In this document: piece after piece, positions 1 to 12,130 of the stretch
How the letters are laid out: each line of letters begins with the position of its first letter
Numbering within the stretch: the stretch's first letter is position 1
Assembly (NCBI GenBank): GCA_951406725.2
Contig: OX597822.1
Span: 95,170,001-95,234,000 of the forward strand
Length of the DNA stretch: 64,000 bases
Direction of reading: 5' to 3'
Source of the DNA: Octopus vulgaris
Taxonomy: Eukaryota
Position numbers and translations under genes: made by a program
Notes under the pieces: generated by a model
What the model was told of the DNA's origin: nothing
The model's input: the letters and a program-made list of their open reading frames with translations, nothing else
Database searches by the model: none

Positions 1-807
1 TATTCACCTCTGGTATTTTGTGTATGTTGTGCATATATGCATGTTCTGGGGCTTTGATTATATGTTTTTACATTATTTCCACGATACTTATTGCTACTGC
101 TTATTGTTGCAGCTTTCTCATTATCTCTATTTTCAGATTTTTGTATATGTGGATAATGTCTTTATTTCTCTTAGAGATATTTTATCACCTGGAGGTGGGG
201 AACTGATACTTTGATTACGAGGTACATTCCTTCTATTTTTTCATACCTGGTGCTTCATGATATCGAGTTAATTAACATTGATGCAATTCTTGACAGTTCA
301 TATTAACATTTGGTTTATGTTTAAACTACACCTTTCATATTTCTATTTTATAATACTGGTATAATTTTAAGTTTAGGTTATTACTGTAGCTAGATAAATC
401 AGAAAGGAAACAGAAAGTGGCAACGTGGTTAATTGTTTTTCTTCTCTACCTCCTGCTGAAGTTTATGGTTTTAGTGATTAATGGTTTTAAAATCAACAAT
501 ATTTTAACCTCAGCATTGAACATTGTATTTTTCAGATAGTACAACGATTTCTTTTTGATTACTTCCAGCTCGTTTAAAACTAAACTGGATCTCTTCTTGT
601 CGGGGGTCCCAGATGAACCTACCTCTCGGCAGGAGACACAGATGCGGGCAGCGGCATCGAACTCCCTTGTTGACCAAGTGCCACGTATCAGAGGTGGATT
701 CACATACTAGTGTAGCTCATTCGACGGTGGTGCCCCAGCATGGCCGCAGCCTTCGGGCTGAAGCATTTTTAAGGATTTAAGGATTCTAGTCGAGAATATT
801 ATAACTA

Positions 808-1212
808 ACGATACGATATGGATGGATGGAAGCACTCCGTCGGTTACGACGATGAAGTTTCCGGTTGATCCGAATCAACGGAACAGCCTGCTCGTGAAAT
901 TAACGTGTATGTGGCTGAGCACTCCACAGACACGTGTACCCTTAACGTAGTTCTCGGGGATATTCAGCGGGACACAGAGAGTGACAAGGCTGGCCCCTTT
1001 GAAATACAGGTACAACAGAAACAGGAAGTAAGAGTGAGAGAAAGTTGTGGTGAATGAATACAGCAAGGATCACCACCATCCCCTGCCGGAGCCTCGTGGA
1101 GCTTTAGGTGTTTTCGCTCAATAAACACTCACAACGCCCGGTCTGGGAATCGAAACCGCGATCCTATGACCGCGAGTCCGCTGCCCTAACCACTGGGCCA
1201 TTGCACCTCCAC
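808..1212 (-). mobile_element. tRNA(Arg)-like-head SINE, family B
   Basis: Head ggaggtgcaatggcccagtggttagggcagcggactcgcgg...ggtttcgattccc has A/B boxes. Near-identical to 30609-30991 and 49081-49461. Flanking attataact duplication. Confidence 0.85.
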
Positions 1213-1509
1213 CATTATAACTTAACATACTACAGAAAGCTAGAGGGTTAATGTCGATTGCCTTATCTTTTGCATCTAACTCAATTTTAACAATTGATAT
1301 AATTTTCTATGATATTCTTTCTTAATATTTTCTTTCATTTATGTGTTGTACTCTGAGTAGTGCATTGATTCCCAAGTATTTACCTGTCTGTAATTACTCT
1401 TATTATTTGATCTCAGTTTTTTTTCTTTTATAACTGGTTATTAGTGTTCTTAGTTAATTTTCATCCCACCAAGGTTAGCTTGGTGAATAGTTCTAATTCA
1501 AATCTCCTA

Positions 1510-1580
<71 letters not shown>

Positions 1581-1740
1581 ATTATTATTTTTATTATTAT
1601 TATTATTATATATAAAGGCCACTAGGGCAACAGTACTGGGTATTAATAGTTGACGCCAAGCTAACATACATACCCCAGCATGGCCAAATCCTCAAGGCTG
1701 AAGCATATAAATGAATAAAAGAATATATACATACATACAT

Positions 1741-1819
<79 letters not shown>

Positions 1820-1868
1820 CATACATACATACATACATACATACATACATACATACATACAAACATAT

Positions 1869-1963
<95 letters not shown>

Positions 1964-1964
1964 A

Positions 1965-2127
1965 TAATGTATGACAGACTTCTTTCAGTTTCCGTCAACC
2001 AAACCCACTCAGAAAGTTTTGCTCGGTCCGGAGCTATAGTAGAAGATACTTACCCATGGTGTTACACAATGGGACTGAACCCAGAACCATATGGTTTGGA
2101 AGCAAACTTCTTACCACATCTGCACCC
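1965..2127 (-). mobile_element. SINE family A, diverged 5' half
   Basis: Matches the family A segment ttcagtttccgtc...gggactgaaccc. Confidence 0.65.
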
Positions 2128-2239
2128 ATATTTATTTGGGAAAAAAATCCATAAAAATTGAAAATTATCTATAAACAAGTTTTGAAAGCAAATTAACAAA
2201 AACAAGAATGAAAATATGAAGAAAATTTTCGTGTTTGCG

Positions 2240-2620
2240 TTTTAGTCCCTCATCGGCTCTTCAGACACGTGGTAGAAACAAAAGCTTTCTGTATTGTTAC
2301 CGTTATAGTAATTGCGTTCAGTAATTGTAGCATTAATCATCTTATGTAGTTTTGGGTTGAAGATTTTCATAAAAATATTCTTTTGTTTTTCGTAATTGCT
2401 AATGTTTTTCCTTTATATTTGGAAAAAGGGAATATTTTGAATTCTCCATTCGTGCAGATGTCTAATTGATCCCTATATTGAATGTCTCTTATTTGTTTAC
2501 GCATCTTGACTCATCCATTAATTTTGCTCCTATTTGACAGATATAGTTATCATTGCATCGGGGACACGTAATGTAATTAATAAGATTTTTCATTTTGCAA
2601 TACATATTTCATTTACTGTT
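2240..2620 (-). pseudogene. Penelope-like element GIY-YIG endonuclease relic
   Basis: Minus strand reads NLINYITCP/CNDNYICQIG across a frameshift, resembling the PLE NLIYxITCxxCxxxYIGQT motif. Confidence 0.55.
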
Positions 2621-3345
2621 CTTATTTATTTTTAATTTTCAGTAAACAAGCACTGAAGAGAAGTGAAAAATTAACGAGCAAATTTAAAGCAATTTAACAG
2701 AAAAGAAGTTGGATTATCTAAATAAATGTGAAGTAAAAAATAAACAACTTTTATGAACAAACGAAAATTCATAAATCTAAAGAAATCTAAGATAACTTAA
2801 GACTTTCAACATCATATTTAAATATTCCCAAACAGTCAGATTTAAAATTACATAATAATGAAACCATTATCTAAATTGCTTTCTAATTTCAATAGGGACG
2901 ACACGGATCTTTTGAATTACATTCAAGAAAGAGTAACTATAGAGACGAGCTTATTCAATTTTTATGTGACCAGCCTTTATCCTAATATTCGCATGAAATA
3001 GAATTGGAGATGCTGGAATTCTGGATCGATAAATATCTAGATGCAATACTGGAAAGATTCCCTGAAGAATTCACACTAGGAAGATTACAATTGTTACTAG
3101 AAGACTACTTTTTGACAACCAATACTGTCTTCAAGTAAAATGGACGATAATGGGTTCAACAGTCGCACCCACATTTGCAACGCTAGTGATGAAATATTTA
3201 GAAGAAAAAAAGTCTATATCCAATTTTTTTTATGAGAGTTTTAAAACCTGTCTAAAGAGTAACCGAAAAAAAAGAGTTCTCGATGACTATTTCGTATTTC
3301 TGAAAAGAAATAAGGAATATCTTACAAGAGTTAAAGAATTAATTA

Positions 3346-3810
3346 GTAGGTATCCGTCGGTCTCGAGAGAGGCCATAGATCTGCACCCAAAGACATCGCG
3401 TCAGCTGCTGATGGTGGTGTGGTGCAGCGTCTGTTGCGGCTGTACAGGCTCACACGGGAGTGGCAGTCACGCATTCAGCGAGTGCATTTGAAGGCGTTCT
3501 CCGCCGGTGCTGCTGAGTTTTCCTTCCCTCGAGTGCGCTTTCCTTTGATGCCGAGTACCTGTTTTTCTGCCGCTTTCTTCATTCTCTTTCGCAGTACTTT
3601 TCTTCTCCAGTGTGGGCGATCATTTGCAATCTCCTCCCATCTCAGGACGTCCAGATCAAGCGACTTCATATCTCTCTTACAGACATCTTTGAAACGAAGA
3701 TGAAGCCGTCCTCGTGCTCTTGTGCCAGTAGCCGATTTCCCATACAGGTGGTCTTTTAGGATCCTTCCGTCTGGCTTGTGATGAACATGACCGTGGCCAG
3801 CGCAAGCGAC
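3346..3810 (-). mobile_element. RTE LINE 3' fragment
   Basis: GHVHHKPDGRILKDHLYG...RARGRLHLRFKDVCKRDMK is homologous to the C-terminus of the 58085 ORF. The 3' end tctcgagaccgacggatacc is present. Confidence 0.85.
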
Positions 3811-4110
3811 GCTAGAGTAAGATGTGTATGCTGGGTATCTTGGCGCGGTTGAAGACTTTGGTGTTGGAGATGTGGTCGGTCCACTTGTGTAGAGCTGAAA
3901 ACGAGGCAATTTCTACTCTTCTCCTCTGGAAGCCAGCTACTCGCAACACCAGAGGGCACACACTCTCCTACCCTGATGTAATCTCCAGGGATACAGGCAT
4001 CCAGCAACAGGGCCTCCATAATGCTATGATGGACCGTGAAGTCTGGCATAGCATGGTAAATTCCATTGTCTCGACCACGGTCGAACAATGATGAATGATG
4101 ATGATGATGT
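3811..4110 (+). mobile_element. LINE 3' fragment (RTE-type) with (TGA)n tail
   Basis: ORF segment LLLWKPATRNTRG..LSYPDVISRDTG..AMMDREVW, followed by a (tga)n tail. Confidence 0.65.
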
Positions 4111-4625
4111 CCAAGATGTGTCTTAAAAATTGCGAAGGCGAAAGACGTTGAGACGACGCTCCTGTCTAGAGTAGAGGCTCGACGTCTCATAGCCATGCAG
4201 TAGCGTACTAAAGAATTAATTAACCGCATTCATAATTAATCAAATTCTCAAAAGAAATTCACCTTCGGGAATTTTTGACGTTCTGAAGATTAAGGAATAA
4301 TGAGGTAATTATAACGGATATCTACTGTAAAGAAATAAACTCCTACTAGTACTTAAAATTTAGATATTGCTAGCCACCACTTACTAAAACAGCCTTTCTA
4401 GTTAATTTAATATGGTGTAACATACATGTGCTGTTGCTAAAGATTCAACAGAACGATAGAGAGAGAGAGAGAGAGAGAGAGAGTGAGAGTGAAATGAGGA
4501 GAGAAGGTAAGAGGGGGAGAGAAGGATGTCTATAATCATTTCTTAAGCACTTTCAGCGAGCTGTTCTTTGAGTTGTGATGTATATAACCTTAACTTCTTG
4601 TTTGTTTTTATTGTCTCATATATAA

Positions 4626-5021
4626 CTAGCAGTATCGCCCGGCGTTGCTCGGGTTTGTAAGGGAAATAACTATATAAGCATTTTTAGAGAGTTATAGCCT
4701 AAAAATTGCAAAAAAATGCATTAAAAATGGAAAAAAAATGATGGTCATTTTTTTAAAAATCGTTGACTCATCGTAGACATTTTTAGAGAGTTACTTCCCT
4801 TATATAATAACGAAAAATGCATTAAAATGGAAAAAAATTATGGTAAATTTTTTTAAAAATCGTAGACTCATCGTAGACGCGCGCTAATACCCAGAAGGGC
4901 TCGATATGAATCACGACTATAAGATACCCGGTTTTGGTTAAACTGCACCGCAAAATGTGGGAGTAGTTAGGAATCTAAATCGTAGGAGACAGACACACAA
5001 CTTCACTTTTATATATAAAGA
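4626..5021 (-). mobile_element. Non-autonomous Helitron-like element
   Basis: Minus strand starts TC, ends with the hairpin cccgagcaacgccggg and CTAG, and sits between A and T with no TSD. Has an internal ~100 bp tandem duplication. Second copy at 47211. Confidence 0.85.
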
Positions 5022-5624
5022 TATATCTAAGATTCGATGTCAATTTATAGCAGTCTTCGAGGTACTCACTGTTTCAAAGATCGATATTTAACTCGATCAG
5101 ATAGATATAAACTAGCTTATTTTGATACACTTTTCAATCCAAGTCGCTCTCATATACAAATTACAAGTGGACAACTGCGATGTAGTTTCTGGACACAAAG
5201 AATATCATCTTTTCGACAGCCTCAGATGAAGTAAATGGTTACAGAAAAACTTGTTTGATTCAGAAGAGGACTGTGAAGTAACTCACACATATTTCCTTTA
5301 TTTGGTATTTATTTTTGTTTATTCAGTTTTCTCTTTTATTTGTTTTTGTACTTTCACTTTAATTTGTTCTTTCACTTTTATTCATTCAACTTTAACTTAA
5401 GGCATAGCAATGAATAGTATATCATTGTATTGCTGTATCGACCAGATTATCGGATGTTGTTATAGACCGTTGGTCACAATGAGGTTCTGGTCCTTTTTTT
5501 TATTGCACCTTTCTGTTCCATCTTAGCTGAAATCGTTTTACTAAATCGTCTTCCCATCGTCGTGGTGGCCTTCTGACCGGTCTTTACCCAATCTCTTATA
5601 TACCATTCGAATAAAGGTGGGAAA

Positions 5625-6047
5625 TGACGAAATCGAGGAGGTAAATGAGTAAGTTTACACGGGGTACACAGTGAATATGCGCCGAGACATGCAGGCTGAA
5701 ATTTCGAGAAGAATAAGGGCAGGTTCATTTGCTGAACCTCTAAGTTACGGGGGACGTAAGCATACCAAAACCAGATGTCAAGCGATGATGGTGGGGGGGA
5801 CAAATACAGACACAAAGGCAGACACACACTTACACGCACACACACACACACATACATACATACATACATAGATACATATATAGGAACAGGAGTGGCTGTG
5901 TGGTAAGTAGCTTGCTAACCAACCACATGGTTCCGGGTTCAGTCCCACTGCGTGGCACCTTGGGCAAGTGTCTTCTGCTATAGCCCCGGGCCGACCAAAA
6001 CCTTGTGAGTGGATTTGGTAGACGGAAACTGAAAGAAGCCTGTCGTA

Positions 6048-6102
<55 letters not shown>

Positions 6103-6515
6103 ATATGTTTGTGTGTCTGTGTTTGTCCCCCTAGCATTGCTTGACAACCGATGCTGGTGTGTTTACGTCCCCGTCACTTAGCGGTTCGGCAAAAGAGACC
6201 GATAGAATAAGTACTGGGCTTACAAAAGAATAAGTCCCGGGGTCGATTTGCTCGACTAAAGGCGATGCTCCAGCATGGCCGCAGTCAAATGGCTGAAACA
6301 AGTAAAAGAGTAAAAGAGTAAAGGACGGGACGAGTTTATATCAATAAAAGATAGGTTCAAAGCAAAGCTGGCAAAGATCTTACACGCCTCTCCTTTCAGT
6401 AGTATCATTCTACATGCACTCTTTTACGCACGTGAAACGCAGACTACTATGAAGAGAGAACATCAATTGACTACGACACAAAGGTCCATGGAGAGATCCA
6501 TGCTAGGAATATTGG
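5625..6515 (+). pseudogene. RTE RT fragment split by a SINE insertion
   Basis: IEEVNE*VY...VNMRRDMQAEISRRIRAG (5630-5725) continues after 6322 as ILHALFYARET...QRSMERSMLGI. Confidence 0.7.
5883..6322 (+). mobile_element. SINE family A (tRNA-like head, internal (TA)n, (gtaaaaga)n tail)
   Basis: caggagtggctgtgtggtaag...gggttcagtccc head; about 10 near-identical copies in the window. Confidence 0.9.
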
Positions 6516-6926
6516 ACGAGCTGAGTTGTACACAGTTGGGATTTTATGAAGATTATTGCTACGCATTTAAATATGGTTTAATTAATTGATTTGCGAGTAA
6601 TGCTTGAAGCATTCTTAATATGTAAAATCAAACAGAAATTTGATGACGAATCAATTAGATTTTGAATAAAAAGTTTATATATATTTTTTTTACATTATTT
6701 CGATCATAAGAATTTTTCGAATAAAACAAGGCGCATCAGATCTTGCAGGAATTCTCCAGAGACCGTTCGCAGACATAGATTCTGTCAGTAGGTTGTGGAT
6801 ATTGGAATGTAGACTGCTGCAAAGGTTTCAATACATGTAAAGTGATATTCTTATTAATTTTACACTAATTGTAGCAACAAGGCGAGCGCGCACACGTACA
6901 CCCTCCACCACACTTGTATACCTGTA

Positions 6927-6992
<66 letters not shown>

Positions 6993-7205
6993 TAAATATG
7001 TGTATATATGTATACAGATATGTATCTCTTCCTAACTCGCTTTTTCTCTCTCTTTCTTTCTCCCTTACTCTATATGTGTGTATGTGTGTGTGTATATATA
7101 TACACACATACATGCATACATATACATACACATATACAGATAGTTACTTACCTACATACATATATGTGTGTTCATGTCTGTACATACATACATACATACA
7201 TACAT

Positions 7206-7262
<57 letters not shown>

Positions 7263-7277
7263 CACACGAATATGTAT

Positions 7278-7515
7278 GTGGAGGCGCGTAGCTAAGTGGT
7301 TAAGGTGTTGCACTCAACGTAACATTGTGATTTCGATTTCTAAACGGGCGATACGTTGTGCTGGGCCAAACACTTCTCTTCATGCTGCTCCGATCCACTC
7401 AGCCAGCAAAAGCGAGCACTCCTGTGATGGAGTGGCGCTCCGTCCAGTGGGAGAATATATATGTTACAAATTGCGGGAAACCGATCTTATGAGACTATGG
7501 CGCAGCAAGTACCTT
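7278..7515 (+). mobile_element. Diverged tRNA-derived SINE
   Basis: gtggaggcgcgtagctaagtggttaagg...gatttcgatttc head. Similar relics near 41435, 54290 and 55830. Confidence 0.55.
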
Positions 7516-7814
7516 TAATCCTTTTCTTTGATGCATGTGTGTGTGTATATATATATATATGCACACACACGCGCACACACACTTGTACAATGTACCCATA
7601 TATATATATATATAAATTTAAATAATAAGGGCATCTATATATATACGTAAATTTTTATCTTTATATTGTGTATCTTTTCATTTGTCTTGCTCGCTTACTT
7701 TCTGGCGTTTGCTGAATTTTCTTGAGAACAATCTTTTCTTAGTGGTCAGACCATATGGGGTCTACCTCTAGCATAATGGATGTCCACTTAGTGGTCATCC
7801 CTCTTATATGTATG

Positions 7815-7853
<39 letters not shown>

Positions 7854-7854
7854 T

Positions 7855-8045
7855 ATTATTTTACTTGTTTCAGTCACTTACTCTGGCCACGCTGGAGCAC
7901 ATATCGACACCAGGACCTATTTCTTGTAAGCCTAGTACTTATTCTGTTGGTTCATTTGCTGAACCTCTAAGTTACGGGGAACGTAAACACACCAAAACCA
8001 GATGTCAAGCGATGATGGGGGGACAAATACAGACACAAAGGCACG
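7855..8045 (-). mobile_element. SINE family A 3' half
   Basis: ttttacttgtttcagtca...agtacttattct...gggggacaaa matches family A. Confidence 0.7.
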
Positions 8046-8127
8046 CACACACACACACACACACACACACATACATACATACATACATACATACATACAT
8101 ACATACATACATACATACATACATACA

Positions 8128-8162
<35 letters not shown>

Positions 8163-8382
8163 GCCGGCGAACTGGCAGAAACGTTAGCACGCTGGGCGAA
8201 ATGCGTAGCTGTATTTCGTCTGCCGTTATGTTCTGAGTTCAAATTCCGCCGAGGTCGACTTGGCCTTTCATCCTTTCGGGGTCGATAAATTAAGTACCAG
8301 TTACGCACTGGGGTCGACGTAATCCGTTTGTCTGTCCTTATTTTTCCCCTCTGTGTGTAGCCCCTTGTGGGTAGTAAAGGAT
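8163..8382 (+). mobile_element. SINE family C
   Basis: ggcgaactggcagaaacgttagc...gagttcaaattcc...gcctttcatcctttcggggtcgataaattaagtaccag; at least 10 copies in the window. Confidence 0.85.
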
Positions 8383-9094
8383 TATATATATATATAAATA
8401 TATATACATACATACATAATATGTGTGTGTGTGTATAACAGAGATGACGAACTGTAGAAAGTGTATTGAATTCAAGTAATTGTATATGCTTCATTTATTT
8501 AACTAAATCTTTAATCATTGATGTCCAGTTTCTGCGAATAAACGCGTCTTCAGATAATTTTCATGACAATACATAAAACAGTAACCGTTAGAAATAAAAA
8601 TGCAAGATGGCTGAAGTACACACATACGAAATTGACTGGCCAGAGCTTTGATAATTAATTAGAAAATCTAAAATTCAACAAGAAAATCAGGTTAATGGCA
8701 GGGAAGTAACTTACAGGATATAGTACAAAATGAGGTATATTTCTATGTGTGTATGTATGTGTTTTTGCGTGCGTACGTGTGTAAGTGTGTGTGTATGCGT
8801 GTGTGTATGTATTTGTATATGAATATATATATAAAGCGTGTTGTGTGTGAAATGAACTTAAGTGTATAATAAGGGAAATTATTACACACATGTGAGTGAG
8901 AACACTTTGAGATATTTTTGGTATCTAACATATGTCAGATACTGCGAGCGCTGCTTCTGATTGGTCAATCCATGGTGATGACCTGAGGTCACGGTGACGG
9001 CACTACTTTTGTCATTCATAAGTTACAACTAAACGTGAAGAATTTAGTTATTGGGTTAATAAAATATGGTCGTTTATTCGTGTGTAATAAATAA

Positions 9095-9235
9095 AATACC
9101 AAACGCATTCCCTATGGATACCGTATTTATTACAACTCGTGGCTTGTAAACGTATCTAACTCGCTTTCGCTCGTTAGATACGTTTACAAGCCACTCGTAA
9201 TAAATACGGTATCCATAGGGAATGAGTTTGGTATT
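9095..9235. repeat. ~140 bp near-perfect hairpin, probably the end of a non-autonomous DNA element
   Basis: aataccaaac.cattccctatggataccgtatttattac...gtggcttgtaaacgtatctaac is mirrored in reverse complement. Confidence 0.85.
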
Positions 9236-10181
9236 CTCTATATAGTAAAAGGTATGGTAGATGATTATGTAGTTGCGAGATGTGATGACTTTGCGTTGGC
9301 GACTGTTGAATAGTGTAAATGATAACAGGACGGTAGGACAGACAGGGTTACAAGATTTAACATTATGTTATACGATGATGTATAATGTTGAATAAATTGG
9401 TGGATATTACATGATGCATCTAACATGGCGGGGTGTTAGAATCGTTAGCATGACGAACAAAATGCTTAACGTTATTTCGCCCGTCATTACGTTCTGAGTT
9501 CAAATTCCGCTGTGATCGACTTTGCCTTTCATATCTCTCAGGGGCCAATAAAATAAATACCAGTTGACCTTGTGCCAAAGTTAGGAACTAATGTTACACG
9601 ATGCATACAGTTACACGGTGTAGGATTGTAATTATGTTTCAGGAATATTAAACCAGTTTTAATTCTTGTGGCATCCAACCAGTTAAAATACGCACATGAT
9701 ATAAACGCGAGCATGAGCACCAGAAGGAGTTTAATTGGTCGTTTTGATGAATTTAAACGCAGTAAGTTTTATTAACGTATATATATGCAATGGCTTAATC
9801 AAGATTTGCAGGCAAGGCGTAAGAAGTTTGAATGTTGAGCGCACCTAACATCTGAATATAAGAGGTTATGCTTGATTGAAACCATAATATTAAGTCATAC
9901 ATAGTTCTAATTAATGCACGAACGAGGCTGCGGAGTTGAATCAATTACCACTTGTACAATAATTTAAATGAAAAATTCAAGCGTAGGGTTTATAAATTAT
10001 AAATTATAAAGTATAAATCATAATTGTCACGTATGTTGCCTGTAGATTCAGTTAATGGTCTTACGGTGTTGCGGATACAAATATCCTTACTCCAGTAGCC
10101 CAGTAGCCTAGTAGTCTAGCGTATTCATAGCTTAAGCACGAAGGGGCTCTACTGGAGTATGAAAGGTAACTTTAATATTTA

Positions 10182-10241
<60 letters not shown>

Positions 10242-10246
10242 AAAGT

Positions 10247-10567
10247 AAAGACCCACCAACCTTTGGTCACGAGTGACCATGGGATTGCACAATGAAAGTT
10301 CCTCTCCGAAGTACAAGTCCGAGTAAGGTTTACTGTGGAAGACCAACATTCCCCCATGTTTTCCATCCCCACGCCACCGATGTTCTACAAGGAAGAGACA
10401 AAGACTGGTACAGCTTGGTACCAGTGACGTCGCAGCTTATCTTTACAGCTGAGTGAACTGGAACATCTTGATCAAGAACACGACGCACAGCCCGGTCCGG
10501 GGATCGAACTCACCACCTCCCGATTGGAAGCCCGACGCTCTAGTCACTGAGCCACGCACATTTACAC
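10247..10567 (-). mobile_element. Diverged tRNA-derived SINE
   Basis: Minus-strand head gcgtggctcagtgactagagcg...gagttcgatccccgg, followed by tcttgatcaagatg. Confidence 0.6.
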
Positions 10568-11179
10568 AAGCAATACACGCACACACACACACACACACAA
10601 TATGCGTGTGTGAGCATGTATGTCTGTCCGTGTGAGTGTGTGTATGTATGGATAAATGTGTGTGTGCATGTATGTATATAGAGTCATTCTAGAATTTCAT
10701 GTTACGGTTCATATGCGGAAAGGCACCGGGCCAGGATGCTAAGGTCAGATATTCTGTTTGTTGAATAAATGACAAATTTGTAAGTCTCAAGCAATACAGC
10801 CGTCGGGTCGCAGTTGAGTTTCAGGATAGATATAGATTACTACTACATAAACAAATCTTGCAGAGGAAGAAAACTGTTTTGTTTATGTATAACATCTTCA
10901 TTCAATGGCATGCTAAATATAATTATATAATGCTGTTCATCGGCCTTTTGTCTGTATCTGCATTGTCAAATAAGCATGTAAATGATCCACTGGTACACAA
11001 AAGAAGGAACATGGTGTAAGGGTGTGAAAAGATTGAAGGGACTTGAAGGAATGAAATTATACAGAAGCTGGAAGGAAATTTACTGAATGTGCTTAGTTAC
11101 AGATATTAAGTGCATCAGTTGCTTTTCCTGGGTTTCAGTAATTTAGCGGGGTTTTGTTGGAATATGTCCGAGAGAGGGA

Positions 11180-12130
11180 TATGCTTCTAGGATAAAAAAT
11201 TCAATTTTATTGCGTGCAAAGAAGATAAACTTTTTTCTCTCCTATTTAAGATATTAGCTGGCAATGCTAATAATCTTAAGCATTTCGGTTACATACAGAT
11301 TGCATTTGTCATTGCACCTGCATTGTGCTTTCACGCTTTCAGCAATGCTCCCTTTATTCCCCGATCAGTCAACTAAGAGTTATGTACTTTGAAAATTGAG
11401 TGGAATAGTATTTGCACTTCTACCTGAACGTATGGGAATGTGGGTGTACCTGGTCTTGAGCGAACTTTCACTGATACCGATTTATGCTTTTTTTTTCTGT
11501 GCCATGGTAGTTAATACATCGGCTCTGTGCATCAGTTCCTTCAACTGGTAGTTATCACTAGAAAGACATTTACTTGCATTTCAGCAATTACATTTATGAG
11601 TGCGAAGCATTTCTGGCTACTTCATTGTGGTGAAAATGGACTCGGGATTACTTAAACAGCTATAGCATTCCTTTGTAAAGTTTATTAAACATTTTATGGT
11701 GCCTATGGTAAGACATCTTACTTATCAGTTTTAGAAGGCAGCTTAATATTGTATGGTATATTAACCATTTTATTTATTTGTTTTATATTCTATTCTGTTT
11801 TATTTTCTATCTTGCAAGAGTTAGTTCTAAATTGTCTATCTGGTAGTTGACACTGCTTCTCCATAACGCTTTATTATAGTACAGGGTAGCTTTATAAGAC
11901 TTTTTCATTTAATCATAGCTTGTACATACGTCTGCTTGTATTGTCCGTGATATGTTCAATAATTGTGGTGGGGTGATTGAAACCTTTGTTAACGTATAGT
12001 TTCTTCAGTCGGCTTATGGTATGGGTAACACTTACGCTTAGGAAGTAAACTATTTTTAGTTTAGTATATACTGTAAGTTTTGGACGAGATCTGAATACAA
12101 AAAGAAAAAAAATTCAAAGTGTCACTTATG
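11180..12130 (-). pseudogene. Penelope-like element relic (RT C-terminus and endonuclease tail)
   Basis: PYHKP..YVNKGFNHPTTIIEHI..SRRM at about 11930-12030, and KCNL..E and LNRR-like motifs at about 11230-11310. Confidence 0.65.

Larger units (their letters stand above)
2780..4450 (+). pseudogene. Penelope-like reverse transcriptase relic, interrupted by RTE fragments
   Basis: Degenerate motifs FYVTSLYPNI, MGSTVAPTFATLVM and VLDDYF. After the insertions it resumes with FLTF/TDIYCKE-like sequence at about 4260-4380. Confidence 0.7.

Noticed and set aside
1444-1998. Many ORFs of YI/CV/HT/MYVC repeats here and across the window
   Set aside because: Translations of (TA)n, (CA)n and (TACA)n microsatellites, not genes.
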